64,000 bases of DNA from an uncultured Chloroflexia bacterium (GCA_963735865.1 CAVTML010000002.1:519668-583667); one strand, 5' to 3'; shown: positions 36,944 to 46,956, counted from the first letter of the stretch. Notes: generated by a model from the sequence alone, not told the origin. A program made the numbers and translations.

Positions 36944-38092
36944 TTGAGTAAGGCTGGCGTGGGCCCACGCCGGGTGCGGGTCGTCACGGTCGTCGGCACG
37001 CGTCCCCAGCTGATCAAGCTCGGGGCGCTCCAGCCGGTCCTGCGCCGCCGGGTCGATGAGGTCTTCGTGGACACAGGCCAGCACTGGGACGACAACATGG
37101 CGGGGAGCTTCTTCTCCGAACTCGGCCTGGCCCGGCCCGACTACTCACTGGACACCGGGGGCGGTTCCCATGCCGAGCAGACCGCCGCGATGCTGGTCGG
37201 TATCGAGCCGATCCTTGTCCGCGAGCGGCCGGATGCCGTCGTCGTGGTCGGCGACACGAACTCGACGCTGGCCGCGGCGCTCGCGGCGGCCAAGCTCGAT
37301 CTGCCCGTGGCCCACGTCGAGGCGGGGCTCCGGGCGTTCGATCGGCGCATCCCCGAAGAGCTCAACCGCATCGTCGTCGACCGCCTGGCGCAGCTGCTCT
37401 TCGCCCCCACGCCGACGGCCGTCGAGAACCTGCGGGCCGAAGGCATCGTGAACGGGGTCAGCCTCACCGGCGACCTCATGCAGGACCTGGCGGCGGATGT
37501 CCTGCCCTCGATCATAGACGCGGCGGTCCTCGACGAGATCGGCCGGCGCCTCGGCCTGGAGCTGCGCCCCGGCGGTTACCTGTTCGTGACCATCCACCGG
37601 GCCTCGAACCGCGAGCCGGCGGCGATCGCGGCGTGGACGAGCCTCCTGGGAGGCCTCGCCCGGCCCGGCCGGCAGGTGATCGTCGCGCTCCACCCCGGTA
37701 CTCGGGCCGCGCTTGCCCGCGCGGGTGCCTCGATGGGCCCCGGCGTCATGGTCATCGATCCACAAGGCTACCGGACGTCGCTGGCCATGCAGCTCCATGC
37801 GGCCGCGGTCGTGACCGACTCCGGCGGGGTGACGAGGGAAGCCGCCTGGCTGCACGTGCCCTGCCTGATGCTGCGGGAGACGACCGAGTGGCAGGAGGCC
37901 GTCGCCAACTCGGACGGGCGCCTGGTCAACGTGTCGCTGGATGCGGCCCGGGCGGCCAGCGAGCTCGACCGGCTCGCCCCGCTCCAGGACACCGAGCGGA
38001 TGGCCCGGGCGAGGAGCGCATCACTCGACCTGCGGCCGGCCGGCGCCGCCGAGGCGATCACCGAGAGTCTGGCCTCGCTCACCCCCGCCTGA
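36944..38092 (+). CDS. wecB: UDP-N-acetylglucosamine 2-epimerase (non-hydrolysing)
   Basis: VVTVVGTRPQLIKL, VVGDTNSTLAAALAA, HVEAGLR and DSGGV are motifs of this family. The true start may be the GTG at 36974. Confidence 0.9.
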   Translation: MSKAGVGPRRVRVVTVVGTRPQLIKLGALQPVLRRRVDEVFVDTGQHWDDNMAGSFFSELGLARPDYSLDTGGGSHAEQTAAMLVGIEPILVRERPDAVVVVGDTNSTLAAALAAAKLDLPVAHVEAGLRAFDRRIPEELNRIVVDRLAQLLFAPTPTAVENLRAEGIVNGVSLTGDLMQDLAADVLPSIIDAAVLDEIGRRLGLELRPGGYLFVTIHRASNREPAAIAAWTSLLGGLARPGRQVIVALHPGTRAALARAGASMGPGVMVIDPQGYRTSLAMQLHAAAVVTDSGGVTREAAWLHVPCLMLRETTEWQEAVANSDGRLVNVSLDAARAASELDRLAPLQDTERMARARSASLDLRPAGAAEAITESLASLTPA

Positions 38093-38113
38093 GGGCGGCC
38101 GAGGGCGGGCCCG

Positions 38114-39193
38114 TCAGGGGTCGTCGCGGGCGTGAAGCGGTTGCCGGAGGGTGACCGGGTCGCCGAGCCACTGGGTGCCAGGCATCGCCCAGTACGTCGC
38201 CATCGCTTCCAGGCGGGCCGAATAGGTGGCGCGCGCCGCCTCCAGCGCCGGCCAGGCGACATCCGGCGGCACGAGGTGATAGCCAGCCTGCTCCAGCCGG
38301 TAGCAGGCGGCCTCGAATGCCGACCGGTCCAGATCGGTGGCCAGCCCGCTCTTGAACCCGAGGTTGGAGATGTCCTCGACGAGGTGGGTGCCCATCCGCT
38401 TGAAGAGCTTCGCGTCGCCCCGCGGGATGCCGTCGATCGTCGTCAGGACCAGGCTCGAGGCGTCCAGGACGGTGCCCAGGGCGCTGATCCAGGACAGGTC
38501 GTCATGGCTCGAGCGGAAGAAGCCCAGGAGCGGGTAAGCCACGTGCGAGTCCAGCACCTCGGCGGTCCACGCCTGCCAGTCGCGGAAGAGGCCGGGCAGC
38601 TGATCCACCAGCCCCAGGTGGGCGTAGGTCTCGAGCAGGGCGACGGCTGACGGTGGCGCCCCCGCCGCGGCCTGCAGCATCACGACCCGCAGTTCACGGC
38701 GCTGGTATGAACCGTAGAGCGAGAAGAGGAACGTCACCACGAGGGCGACGACGCCCAGGCCGGTGATGGCGGCCATGGCCGCCACGATCCGTGCCAGGGG
38801 GCCCACCGCGACGATGTCGCCGTAGCCCAGGGTCAGCACGGAGGTCGCGGCGAAGTACATCGTGGTGCCCAGGTTGGTGGGCACCGGGCGCAGCTGGTCG
38901 CGCAGCGCGAACAGGATGAGTCCGTAGGCGAGGATCAGGGAGACGAGCCAGGCGGCCAGCAGGCCGATCGTCGCTCCGGGGGCGAACAGGCCCAGCAGCC
39001 GGTCGTACGACCTGCCTCCCCGCCCGTCGCGGAGCGAGCGCAGGACGCGCCACGAGCCGCGCACGAGGTAGCGGCCGATGCGGAACCAGCCGGGCGTGGG
39101 CCGCGGCACGACGACTGTCTCGAACAGGTCCCACAGCGTGAGCACCAACAGGAAGACGCCGAGGATGAAGGCGCCGACCTCCACGGCGGTCAT
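38114..39193 (-). CDS. Potassium channel-family protein (2TM pore plus a cytoplasmic domain of unknown function)
   Basis: The selectivity filter TLGYGD lies in FAATSVLTLGYGDIVAV, flanked by TM helices. The ATG overlaps the upstream stop (ATGA). Confidence 0.8.
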   Translation of the reverse strand: MTAVEVGAFILGVFLLVLTLWDLFETVVVPRPTPGWFRIGRYLVRGSWRVLRSLRDGRGGRSYDRLLGLFAPGATIGLLAAWLVSLILAYGLILFALRDQLRPVPTNLGTTMYFAATSVLTLGYGDIVAVGPLARIVAAMAAITGLGVVALVVTFLFSLYGSYQRRELRVVMLQAAAGAPPSAVALLETYAHLGLVDQLPGLFRDWQAWTAEVLDSHVAYPLLGFFRSSHDDLSWISALGTVLDASSLVLTTIDGIPRGDAKLFKRMGTHLVEDISNLGFKSGLATDLDRSAFEAACYRLEQAGYHLVPPDVAWPALEAARATYSARLEAMATYWAMPGTQWLGDPVTLRQPLHARDDP

Positions 39194-40821
39194 GGGACCG
39201 GGAACTCGATCGTGTCGAAGAACGCATCGGCGGTGCGGTGATCGACCGCGGTACCGAGCGCCGCCAGCTGGTACAGATGCCCGTTGCCGATGATGTACCG
39301 CAGGAAGTAGATGTGACCGTGCGTGCCGTACGAGAAGTCGACAGCCGGGTAACCCGCGACGACCATGTTGGTCGAATAGAGGATGGTCCCCGCGCCGACC
39401 TGGTCGACCCGTGCGTTGATAAGCGCGTCCGTCGGGTCTGTCACCGCCGACGACCCGACGGGGGATTCTGCAGCGGTGAATTCGGACGTGGCGTCGGCGG
39501 AGACCCAGTCAAGCAACGCCATCGGGATCGGGGCGGAACTCGCGGGGACGATCGTGTCAACCGCACGCGCGCCATCGGGCAGCAGGATGCTGAAGTCGCC
39601 CCCGGGCGCTGTCTGCCGTGTCCAGCTCGCGATCGGAGCGAGGGTGCCTGCCGGCGCGCGAGTCGGCGTCGTGGCCGCCGAAGGCACGGTCCCGCTGCCG
39701 ATAGCGCGGACGACAGTGGCCAGGACCACCGCCACCACCACGCCCGCGACCGCCCGTCCCCCGGGATCGACTCGTTGAGGGGCCTGCGAGACGACCGATG
39801 ACGGTGCCTCGCCGGCGGAGCGCAGCCGGGCGGCCGTCGCGTTGGAGCCGACAAGCGTGTAGCGATCCAGGCGCGACGCGACCAGGGCCATCGCGAAAGT
39901 GGCTTGATGGACGTGGTCCGAGGTCTGGACGGAGCGGAGATCTGCCGGAACCCAGGCCACGCGCTCGCCGGCCGGTCCGGTCAGGAGGACTGCGCCGAAG
40001 GCGCCCCGCCGTACGCCGTTGATCTGGATCCAGGGGATCGGACCGGCGGGACCGGTCCGGTTCCGCCACGACACGCCGGACGGATCGAACTGCAGCTGGC
40101 TCGGTGGCCGGTAGAACCAGCCGAACGGCTTCGCCGCGCCTCGCAGCTTCGCCGCCACCCAAAGCGCGCCCGGGACCGCCGCGATCGCCAGGATGACGTA
40201 GCGGGCGATGGCATCGGTGTACCACGGGCTGAGAGTGCCCGCGATCAGCACGAGCAGGATCCATGGCAGCCAGCCCACGGTCAGCAGGCGTCCCGCGAGG
40301 GAGTAGCCCGGATAGCTGGAGACGAATTCGAACGACCCGATCGCGCCTTCGCGTCCCGGCGCACCATCGCCCGGCAGCGCCGGGGCGGCGGCCGGGCTGG
40401 CGGCGGCCTCGATGCGGGCCCGCATGGCGGGGATCAGCGCGCCCAGTTCGGCCAGTGCCTTCCGCCCGGCTCCTATGTCCCACAGCTGGACGAGCGTCGC
40501 ATTGGGGATCAGCCCGAGCTCGAATGCGTTCGGGTGGTCGTTGAGACCCGCTCCGGAGAGGGCGATGTACCGTCGCCCGATGACCGCCATCGTGCCCTTC
40601 GCACCCGTCAGGGCCGAGTAGGGAAGGACGATGGGCAGCGGGAATGCCGCGTGCGGGCTGACCAGCACCCGTTGCGTCGTCGCGGCGATCGTCGCCGGGA
40701 ACCGGCCGACGACGACGACGGCGCGTTCGTCGGGCAGGAGGATCTGGCGCAGGCTCCCTGGGAGCCGGGCGTTAAGGTCCCGCCCAAGGATCTCGGTCAG
40801 GTCTGGCGCGGCATCAGCCAC
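39190..40821 (-). CDS. Large unknown membrane protein
   Basis: 543 aa. It has two soluble N-terminal modules, central TM helices (WLPWILLVLIAG.., YVILAIAAVPGALWV), a further TM helix and a C-terminal extracytoplasmic domain. No family recognised. Confidence 0.6.
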   Translation of the reverse strand: MADAAPDLTEILGRDLNARLPGSLRQILLPDERAVVVVGRFPATIAATTQRVLVSPHAAFPLPIVLPYSALTGAKGTMAVIGRRYIALSGAGLNDHPNAFELGLIPNATLVQLWDIGAGRKALAELGALIPAMRARIEAAASPAAAPALPGDGAPGREGAIGSFEFVSSYPGYSLAGRLLTVGWLPWILLVLIAGTLSPWYTDAIARYVILAIAAVPGALWVAAKLRGAAKPFGWFYRPPSQLQFDPSGVSWRNRTGPAGPIPWIQINGVRRGAFGAVLLTGPAGERVAWVPADLRSVQTSDHVHQATFAMALVASRLDRYTLVGSNATAARLRSAGEAPSSVVSQAPQRVDPGGRAVAGVVVAVVLATVVRAIGSGTVPSAATTPTRAPAGTLAPIASWTRQTAPGGDFSILLPDGARAVDTIVPASSAPIPMALLDWVSADATSEFTAAESPVGSSAVTDPTDALINARVDQVGAGTILYSTNMVVAGYPAVDFSYGTHGHIYFLRYIIGNGHLYQLAALGTAVDHRTADAFFDTIEFPVP

Positions 40822-40839
40822 GCCGGCATGGTAGCCCCG

Positions 40840-41247
40840 TCATCGGCGCCGGGATCGGTCACCGGACCCGGCCACGCCGTTAACCGCCCGACGGGTCGGT
40901 TTCGGTCTCTGCGCAGCCACGTAGGCCAGGCTGGCGGCGAAATGGGGAGCCAGGCGATCCGTGTCCGCGAGCAGGGCGTCCGGCACAGTGACCCAGTCGG
41001 GCATCACCCGCCCGTAGGCCGCGTGCAGCGTCGTCGACTAGCGGTTCAGGAACGCCTCCCGCTCGCCGGACGGGAGCCGCATGGCCAGCGTCCCGGGTGC
41101 CGCCGGGAAGCTGAACATGTGCCCGTTGATCGACGTGTAGGGGATCGTCGCGCCCTTACGCTGCAGGCTCGGCTGGGTGGCGATCAGGCGGTCGTAGCGG
41201 TCGAGCTGGTCGGCGGCGATGTCCCGGGCTGGCTTGACCCTGGCCAT
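40840..41247 (-). pseudogene. Conserved hypothetical (~135 aa) interrupted by an in-frame TAG at 41038-41040
   Basis: ORF 41038..41283 ends ..EREAFLNR*. The same frame continues GC3-rich as STTLHAAYGRVMPDWVTVPDALLADTDRLAPHFAASLAYV.. to a TGA at 40840. Confidence 0.55.
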
Positions 41248-41332
41248 GCCGTCAGTCTCGGTGAATCGGACCGTCCCGCGCAAGCGGTCCAGGCTTGGGT
41301 CGCGTCAAGGGAGACCCTGGCTTGGCTTCGGC

Positions 41333-41845
41333 TCAGCAGTGGGTCTGGGGCATGAGCTCCGCGACCTTCTTGTACTGACTGACGGCGAAGCTGCCCTCCA
41401 TCTGGTCGTAGTTGCCGGCAAGGGCCGTGGTGGCAGCCTTGGCTGCATGCTCGCGGACCGAGTCCCAGTTGGTGAAGGCGCCCCCGTAGCACGTCGCGTA
41501 CGGATTGGCGGCCAGCCAGTCGGCCTCCGACTTGGCCCACGCCTGGATGGCCGTGGCGTCCTTGCTGACCGCGCTGGCGTTGTTGGTGGACACGTCGAAC
41601 GGCAGAGTCGTCAGGAGCGAGGCGATCACGCTCGTCGAGGCTGAGACGTGCGCCTGGAATGCGGCGAACCGCGCTGGGTCGCCGCTCCCGGTCGGGAGGA
41701 CCGACGCGGCCGAGGGTTGTGCCGACGCCGGGATGCTACCCGTCGGCGGCGTGGCGGTGGCCCGGCTTGGCGGAGGGGTCGCCGAGGCCCCGCAAGCGCT
41801 CAGGACGAGCACCGACACCAGGATGCCCAGGCAGCGACGGCCCAT
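41333..41845 (-). CDS. Hypothetical lipoprotein
   Basis: MGRRCLGILVSVLVLSACG has a lipobox. A Pro/Thr/Ser linker is followed by a helical domain. Confidence 0.55.
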   Translation of the reverse strand: MGRRCLGILVSVLVLSACGASATPPPSRATATPPTGSIPASAQPSAASVLPTGSGDPARFAAFQAHVSASTSVIASLLTTLPFDVSTNNASAVSKDATAIQAWAKSEADWLAANPYATCYGGAFTNWDSVREHAAKAATTALAGNYDQMEGSFAVSQYKKVAELMPQTHC

Positions 41846-42021
41846 CGTGACGCCTCCCGATACACGGACCCCCTGGCCAGTCTGTCGATCAGTCGCAGGG
41901 TCGGCCTGTGCCGAATGGCCGGATCTCGCGGGACGGACGACCCGCCATGGCCGAGCCGGACCACGCCTGTCGGCACTACGATGTCCGCGCTCCGATCGTG
42001 GCGGGCGCTCAGGAGGTTGAC

Positions 42022-42870
42022 ATGGCCGACGGCGCGTATCAGCGAACATGCAAGAAGTGCCAGCACGCTTGGTCGGTCCCGGCCGACATCGCGGAAGAGC
42101 GCCCGGACGTCAAGTCGATCGCCGGCCAGTTCACCTCGCTGATCGGGGGCAGCGTGCAGGACCAGTTCGCTCTCCGCGCCCACTTCCAGCAGCTCGGAGC
42201 GGCGGCCAAGTGCCCGCAGTGCGGGGCCACGTCCTTCACCCAGGAGAAGGTCGCCGCGTCGGCGGCCTCCGCCGATCCGGCGGCCACCGTGCCTCCGACC
42301 GCGCCCCCGGCCCCGACGGCGCAGGCCCCACAGAGCCAGCTCTATGTGCTCAACCAGAAGTTGATCTCGCTGACGGGCGACCTGTGGATCGAAGACGCCC
42401 AGGGCAACCACGCCTACGAGGTCGACGGCCAGCTCCTCAGCCTGCGCGGCACGCACGTGCTCAAGGACGTCAACGGTCAGGCGCTCTACGAGATCTCGAA
42501 GCCGCTTGCCCCCCACCTGCACGACACCATAAGCATCACGAAGGGCGGCCAGGCGGCGGCGACCGTCCAGAAGGCGGTGTTCAACCTGGGCGGTGACAAG
42601 TTCAAGATCACGCTCGCCGGTGGTCAGGAATTGACGCTCAAGGGCGACTTCATGAACCGCGAGTTCCAGGTCAAGGACCAGGCCGGCCAGGTGGTCATGA
42701 GTGCGTCCCGTGCCTGGTTCAGCATGCACGACGCGTACGGGATCCAGATCACGCCGGGCTTCGAGGTGCCCCTTGGCCTGGCGATTGCCATCGCCCTGGA
42801 ACGCGTCGAGGTCCAGGAGAAGGGCGAGTCACCGCTGCAGAACCTGCTCGGCGGCATCGGCCAGTTCTGA
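42022..42870 (+). CDS. Zn-ribbon plus LURP-one-related (tubby/scramblase-fold, DUF567) protein
   Basis: CKKCQHAW..CPQCG at the N-terminus. The C-terminal part LYVLNQKLISLTGDLWIEDAQGN..YEVDG..FKI..REFQVKD..G..V resembles LOR-family repeats. Confidence 0.68.
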   Translation: MADGAYQRTCKKCQHAWSVPADIAEERPDVKSIAGQFTSLIGGSVQDQFALRAHFQQLGAAAKCPQCGATSFTQEKVAASAASADPAATVPPTAPPAPTAQAPQSQLYVLNQKLISLTGDLWIEDAQGNHAYEVDGQLLSLRGTHVLKDVNGQALYEISKPLAPHLHDTISITKGGQAAATVQKAVFNLGGDKFKITLAGGQELTLKGDFMNREFQVKDQAGQVVMSASRAWFSMHDAYGIQITPGFEVPLGLAIAIALERVEVQEKGESPLQNLLGGIGQF

Positions 42871-42914
42871 CGCGTCAGCCGTCCGGGCTCGTCAACCGCT
42901 CGTCCAAGCGGCGC

Positions 42915-43298
42915 TCAGGCGTCGCCAGCCCGGCGCAGGCGCTCGAACTGGCGCCGGAGACGCTTGCTCGGCCGGCCCTCGCCGCGCACGGGCACGGTCC
43001 CCAGCCTGACCTCCGGCACGACGGGCGGGCTGTGGTCCACGTAGCAGGTCACGGCGACGGTGGCCCCCACTCGCGACTCGATCGGCAGCACGATCTCGAC
43101 GCTGCGCCTTCGATCGGCGATGAGCGCCTCTATCCGATCGCCCGTGCGAACCTTCGTCGACGGCTTTGCCCGCGATCCATTCACAAGGACGTGGCCGCTC
43201 TCGCACAGCCGGGTCGAGAGGGGGCGGGTCTTCACCAGGCGCACCGCACACAGCCAGCGATCGATGCGCGTGTCGGCGGCAGCGACGGGATCGGTCAC
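42915..43298 (-). CDS. S4-domain RNA-binding protein (Hsp15-like)
   Basis: RIDRWLCAVRLVKTRPLSTRLCESGHVLVNGSRAKPSTKVRTGDRIE. The start is uncertain (GTG at 43298 or ATG at 43388). Confidence 0.75.
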   Translation of the reverse strand: MTDPVAAADTRIDRWLCAVRLVKTRPLSTRLCESGHVLVNGSRAKPSTKVRTGDRIEALIADRRRSVEIVLPIESRVGATVAVTCYVDHSPPVVPEVRLGTVPVRGEGRPSKRLRRQFERLRRAGDA

Positions 43299-43419
43299 TC
43301 GCCCTACGATGGCACGTCTCGACCGTCCTTGACGCGGCACGTCGTAGCCGGGAGGATGCTGATGCTGAGAGCCCGTGGTCGAGCGCAAGGGATCCGACCC
43401 ATCCCGTCCCGGAGCGCCG

Positions 43420-44769
43420 ATGCCTGAGGGCAGTTCGTTCTACGGCGCACCGTTCGCCCGCGGGCGGCGGCGCGACCGGCTGGCGGCCGTCACGGTCGTC
43501 CTGGTCGTGGTGGGGCTCCTCGCCGCCATCGCCAAGCCGTGGGGCGACACCGGCCAGCCTGCGGCCTCGGGCCCACCCGGTGTTGCCGCGGTCAGCCCTT
43601 CCACGGCCGCCAGTCCCGCGTCAGCGCGACCCAGCTCGGCAGCTCTGCCGTCCCACCTCGCCCACCCGCTGCCGGTCGCCTTCACCACCGCCGGGCCGCC
43701 GGGATCCGAGACGTGGGCCGGCCTCGATTGGCAGCGACTCGCGCCGGACGACCCGCTGGGGAGCGTAAGAGCCGAGGTGACCTCGGGCGAGAGATCGGTC
43801 GCCATCGGTGACATCCAGGGGACGACGTCGACCACCGTCTGGGCATCGACGGACCGGACGCATTGGCAGCCGACGGACACCGGGACGCCGGCGACCCTCG
43901 CGTCGGGCCTGACGGTGATCGGCCTGACCACCCTCGCGGGGCGATTCGTCGCCATCACAGAGATGAACGATTACCTCTACCGCTACCTTCCGCCCGTCAT
44001 GGCCTGGACGTCCACCGACGGCCTGAGCTGGACGCATGCGACCACCCTGCCGGTCGATGCGCTCCCGAGCCCGATGGGTTCTCCGCCGCTCGTCGCCGTC
44101 GGACCGGACGGGCTGGTGGTCGCGACGAGCGGCCTCGCCGCCCGTTACGCGACGTCGTCCGACGGATCGCACTGGGTCCTCTCGCCCCAGAACGCGTTCC
44201 CGACCGATTTCGCGCTTGATGACCTCGAGGGCACCTCGACCGGCTATGTCGCGATCGGAGGATGGACGACAGGCGGCTCGGCCCGAGCGGCGACGCTTTG
44301 GTCCGCCGACGGCCGCACCTGGCCGAAGAAGCCCGTCCCTCTGCCGACCTCAGCATCGGGCTCGGCGACGCCGGCCGCCTCGGATGCGGTGACGCTCATG
44401 GTCGGCGACCACGGCATGATCGCGGTCGGGATCGGCGACGCCCCGGGCGCGGCCCTCTGGTGGGGATCGCTCGATGGCCGGCAGTGGCAGCCGCTCCAGA
44501 CCTTCCTGCCGCTCGGGGCGACGACGTGCACGGGCGCGAACTGCGGCCTTCAGCCGAACGGGACGCTCATCGGTGACGGTCATCGGCTCGTCGCGGTGCG
44601 CGGTGGCTCGGACGCAGCCGCCTTGGTCTCGACCGACGGCCAGCGCTGGACGGCGCTCGCCCTCTCCGGGGACATCCCGAGTGCCCAGGCCCAGGCCATC
44701 CTCCTGCCCGGCGGAGTGCTCGCGTCCGATGGCACGACGACCTGGTTCGGCCAGGCCGTAAGCGAATGA
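43420..44769 (+). CDS. Membrane-anchored BNR/Asp-box repeat protein
   Basis: One TM helix, then six SxDxxxW boxes: STDRTHW, STDGLSW, SSDGSHW, SADGRTW, SLDGRQW, STDGQRW. Confidence 0.65.
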   Translation: MPEGSSFYGAPFARGRRRDRLAAVTVVLVVVGLLAAIAKPWGDTGQPAASGPPGVAAVSPSTAASPASARPSSAALPSHLAHPLPVAFTTAGPPGSETWAGLDWQRLAPDDPLGSVRAEVTSGERSVAIGDIQGTTSTTVWASTDRTHWQPTDTGTPATLASGLTVIGLTTLAGRFVAITEMNDYLYRYLPPVMAWTSTDGLSWTHATTLPVDALPSPMGSPPLVAVGPDGLVVATSGLAARYATSSDGSHWVLSPQNAFPTDFALDDLEGTSTGYVAIGGWTTGGSARAATLWSADGRTWPKKPVPLPTSASGSATPAASDAVTLMVGDHGMIAVGIGDAPGAALWWGSLDGRQWQPLQTFLPLGATTCTGANCGLQPNGTLIGDGHRLVAVRGGSDAAALVSTDGQRWTALALSGDIPSAQAQAILLPGGVLASDGTTTWFGQAVSE

Positions 44770-44865
44770 GGAGGGCTGTTTGCTCGGGCTGGTGACCGTA
44801 CCCATCAGACGCGCTCGCGGTCGCGCTTGATCCAGCCCAGGTGTTCGCGCCGATGTCGATCGGCA

Positions 44866-46069
44866 TCACCCGATCTCCAGCGCGAAGGCCTCGACGGCCT
44901 GGATCCGACCTTTCACCGTCACCGGACCGAGCGAGACCATGGGGAAGGCACCATCGAGCTGGCGCGCTGTCTCCGCCCCGATGACCACTTCACCCGGGCG
45001 AGCGACGCCCTGCAGACGCGCGGCGACGTTGGTCGTATCACCGATGGCGGTGAAGTTGCGGAACTCGTCGCTCCCGATGTTGCCCACCAGGGCACGGCCG
45101 GTGTTGATGCCGATATGAAAACGGGGCCCCGCGGGGGCCTCCGTCGCGACGCGATCCGTGCGTTCCAGGATCGCTTGTGCCGCTCGACAGGCGCGGACGG
45201 CATGATCAGGCTGTGCCTGCGGGGCGCCGAATACGGCCATCACGGCATCGCCGGCCAGCTGGGTCGGCAGGCCGCCCTGTTCCAGGATCGCCGGCAAGGC
45301 GGCCGCGAAGTAGCGGTTGAGCAAGCCCACGACCTCGGTCGGTGAGCGCGCCTCGGCGTACGTCGAGAAGGCGCCGAGGTCGGCGAACAAGACGGTCACG
45401 ACGACGAGGTCGCCGCCCAGGTCGGCGCGGTGCGGATCGGCCAGCAGGACTCGGGCGAGTTCGGGCGGGAAATATCGCCGCAGGGTCTCGCGGACCGACG
45501 TCAGCACGCCCGCCTGTCCCGTCGCGAAGAGGCGGACCACGAGCCAGACCAGCAGCGGCACGGCCATGAGGTTGAGCACGAAGAAGGCCTGCTCAAGGGT
45601 TTGTGGCAAGGCGGGCGGCGTCGGGGTCGGGAGGACGGCGGACAGCACCATCAGCACCGCGTACTCGACCGCGAGCAGCAGGCTCAGTCGCCGATGCCCG
45701 AGCAGCACGGCGATGATCGGGCCGAAGCCGGCCCAGACCGCGACCCCGCTGCCCGGAACGAATTCCGCCGAGCACCCACATGAGCACGAACGGCAGCGTG
45801 ACGAACGGCACGAACTGCCCGATCGCGAACGGCTCGTAGCGACGGGCGACCGCGAAGCCGAGGAGACTTACGAGGGAGATAGCCACGTAGATCCACGGGA
45901 CGGCCGCTGCCGCCGGTGCCCCCGCCAGCCAGTAGATGGCCCCCCACACCACAGCGAGCGCGGTGACGGTGAGGGCCGCGACCAGCAGGAGGAACTTGCG
46001 CAGCCGGGTGTCATCGTCGTCGCCCGCTTCGGCCCCGATCCCCAAGATCCGACCCAGGACGGTGCTCAC
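44866..46069 (-). pseudogene. Multi-TM class III adenylate/guanylate cyclase, frame broken near 45755-45775
   Basis: The C-terminal ORF has VTVLFADLGAFS..GDAVMAVFGAP..IGINTG..VGNIGS..FTAIGDTTNVAARL. The N-terminal TM helices (ORF 45593..46069, ..FVLMWVLGG) join ..EFVPGSGVAVWAGFGPIIAVLLG only after a 1-nt shift. Confidence 0.8.
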
Positions 46070-46177
46070 GTTTCGATGCTAACCCGGCTGCAGACCGGAG
46101 ACTGGAACGCTGCGGCGCCGGCCATGCGCCGCCACCGACAGGCCACCAAGAACCCGCCCGCCCGGCATACTCCCGGC

Positions 46178-46835
46178 ATGGAACCGGCAGAACGATCGGG
46201 ATCGCCGGCGGGACCTGACGCCGCGGCGGGCGAGCGATATCTCCTGCTCGCCGACATCTCCGGCTATACGGGCTTCATGACGGGTGTCGAGCAGGAGCAC
46301 GGGGTCGACTTCAGCGCTGGCGTCCCGGCGGCCTACGGCGTCCTCGGCGCGCCTCCTGGACGCAGTCGTCGAGGGCGTCGAGCCCGACTTCACGGTCGTG
46401 AAGCTGGAGGGTGATGCGGTCTTCGCCGCCGCCTCAGCCGCCGGACTGGATGGTCAGGGCGACCGGGTGCTGACCAAGCTCCGGTCGATGTACGGCGGGT
46501 TCACGGACCGTCGCACGCGCGCCATCCCGGCCAACGACCACATCTGCACCGCCTGCCCCGCCGTGGCCCACCTCGACCTCAAAGTCATCCTCCATCGCGG
46601 CCAGGCAGTGCGCCAGGCGGTGGGGTCCGGCAGCGACCTGCTGGGGCCGGCCGTCACGATCGCCCATCGCCTGCTCAAGAACACCGTCCGGGAGCGGATC
46701 GGTCGGCGGCCGTACCTCCTGCTCACCGACGCCGCTGCGACGGGCCTCGGCCTCTCGGAGGTGGGTGTGGCGCACTCGGAGGAGTACGCGGACGCGGGCC
46801 CCATCCATGGCCGCCTCGTTGACCTGGGCGCCTGA
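46178..46835 (+). pseudogene. DUF2652-like (cyclase-fold-like) protein, frame broken near 46345-46356
   Basis: The N-terminal part ..RYLLLADISGYTGFMTGVEQEH..AAYGVLGA is in one frame. LLDAVVEGVEPDFTVVKLEGDAVFAAA.. continues in ORF 46284..46835. Removing one nucleotide in GCGCC joins them. Confidence 0.62.
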
Positions 46836-46956
46836 CACGACCACCTAGTCGATCACGCGGCGCGGACCGCGAGACCAGGCGGTGACGAACGACTCGGTCA
46901 GGTCAGGCCGCAAGGCTCTGTAGGGGCGCCGCCGCGGGGGCCCACCCTTCTGCCTG

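Noticed and set aside
41038-41040. TAG recoding (pyrrolysine or suppression)
   Set aside because: No pyl genes or suppressor tRNA are visible here, and the only tRNA is Pro(CGG). Other genes in the window appear to terminate at TAG (for example the GH3 gene at 24672-24674). A point mutation or base-call error is more parsimonious.
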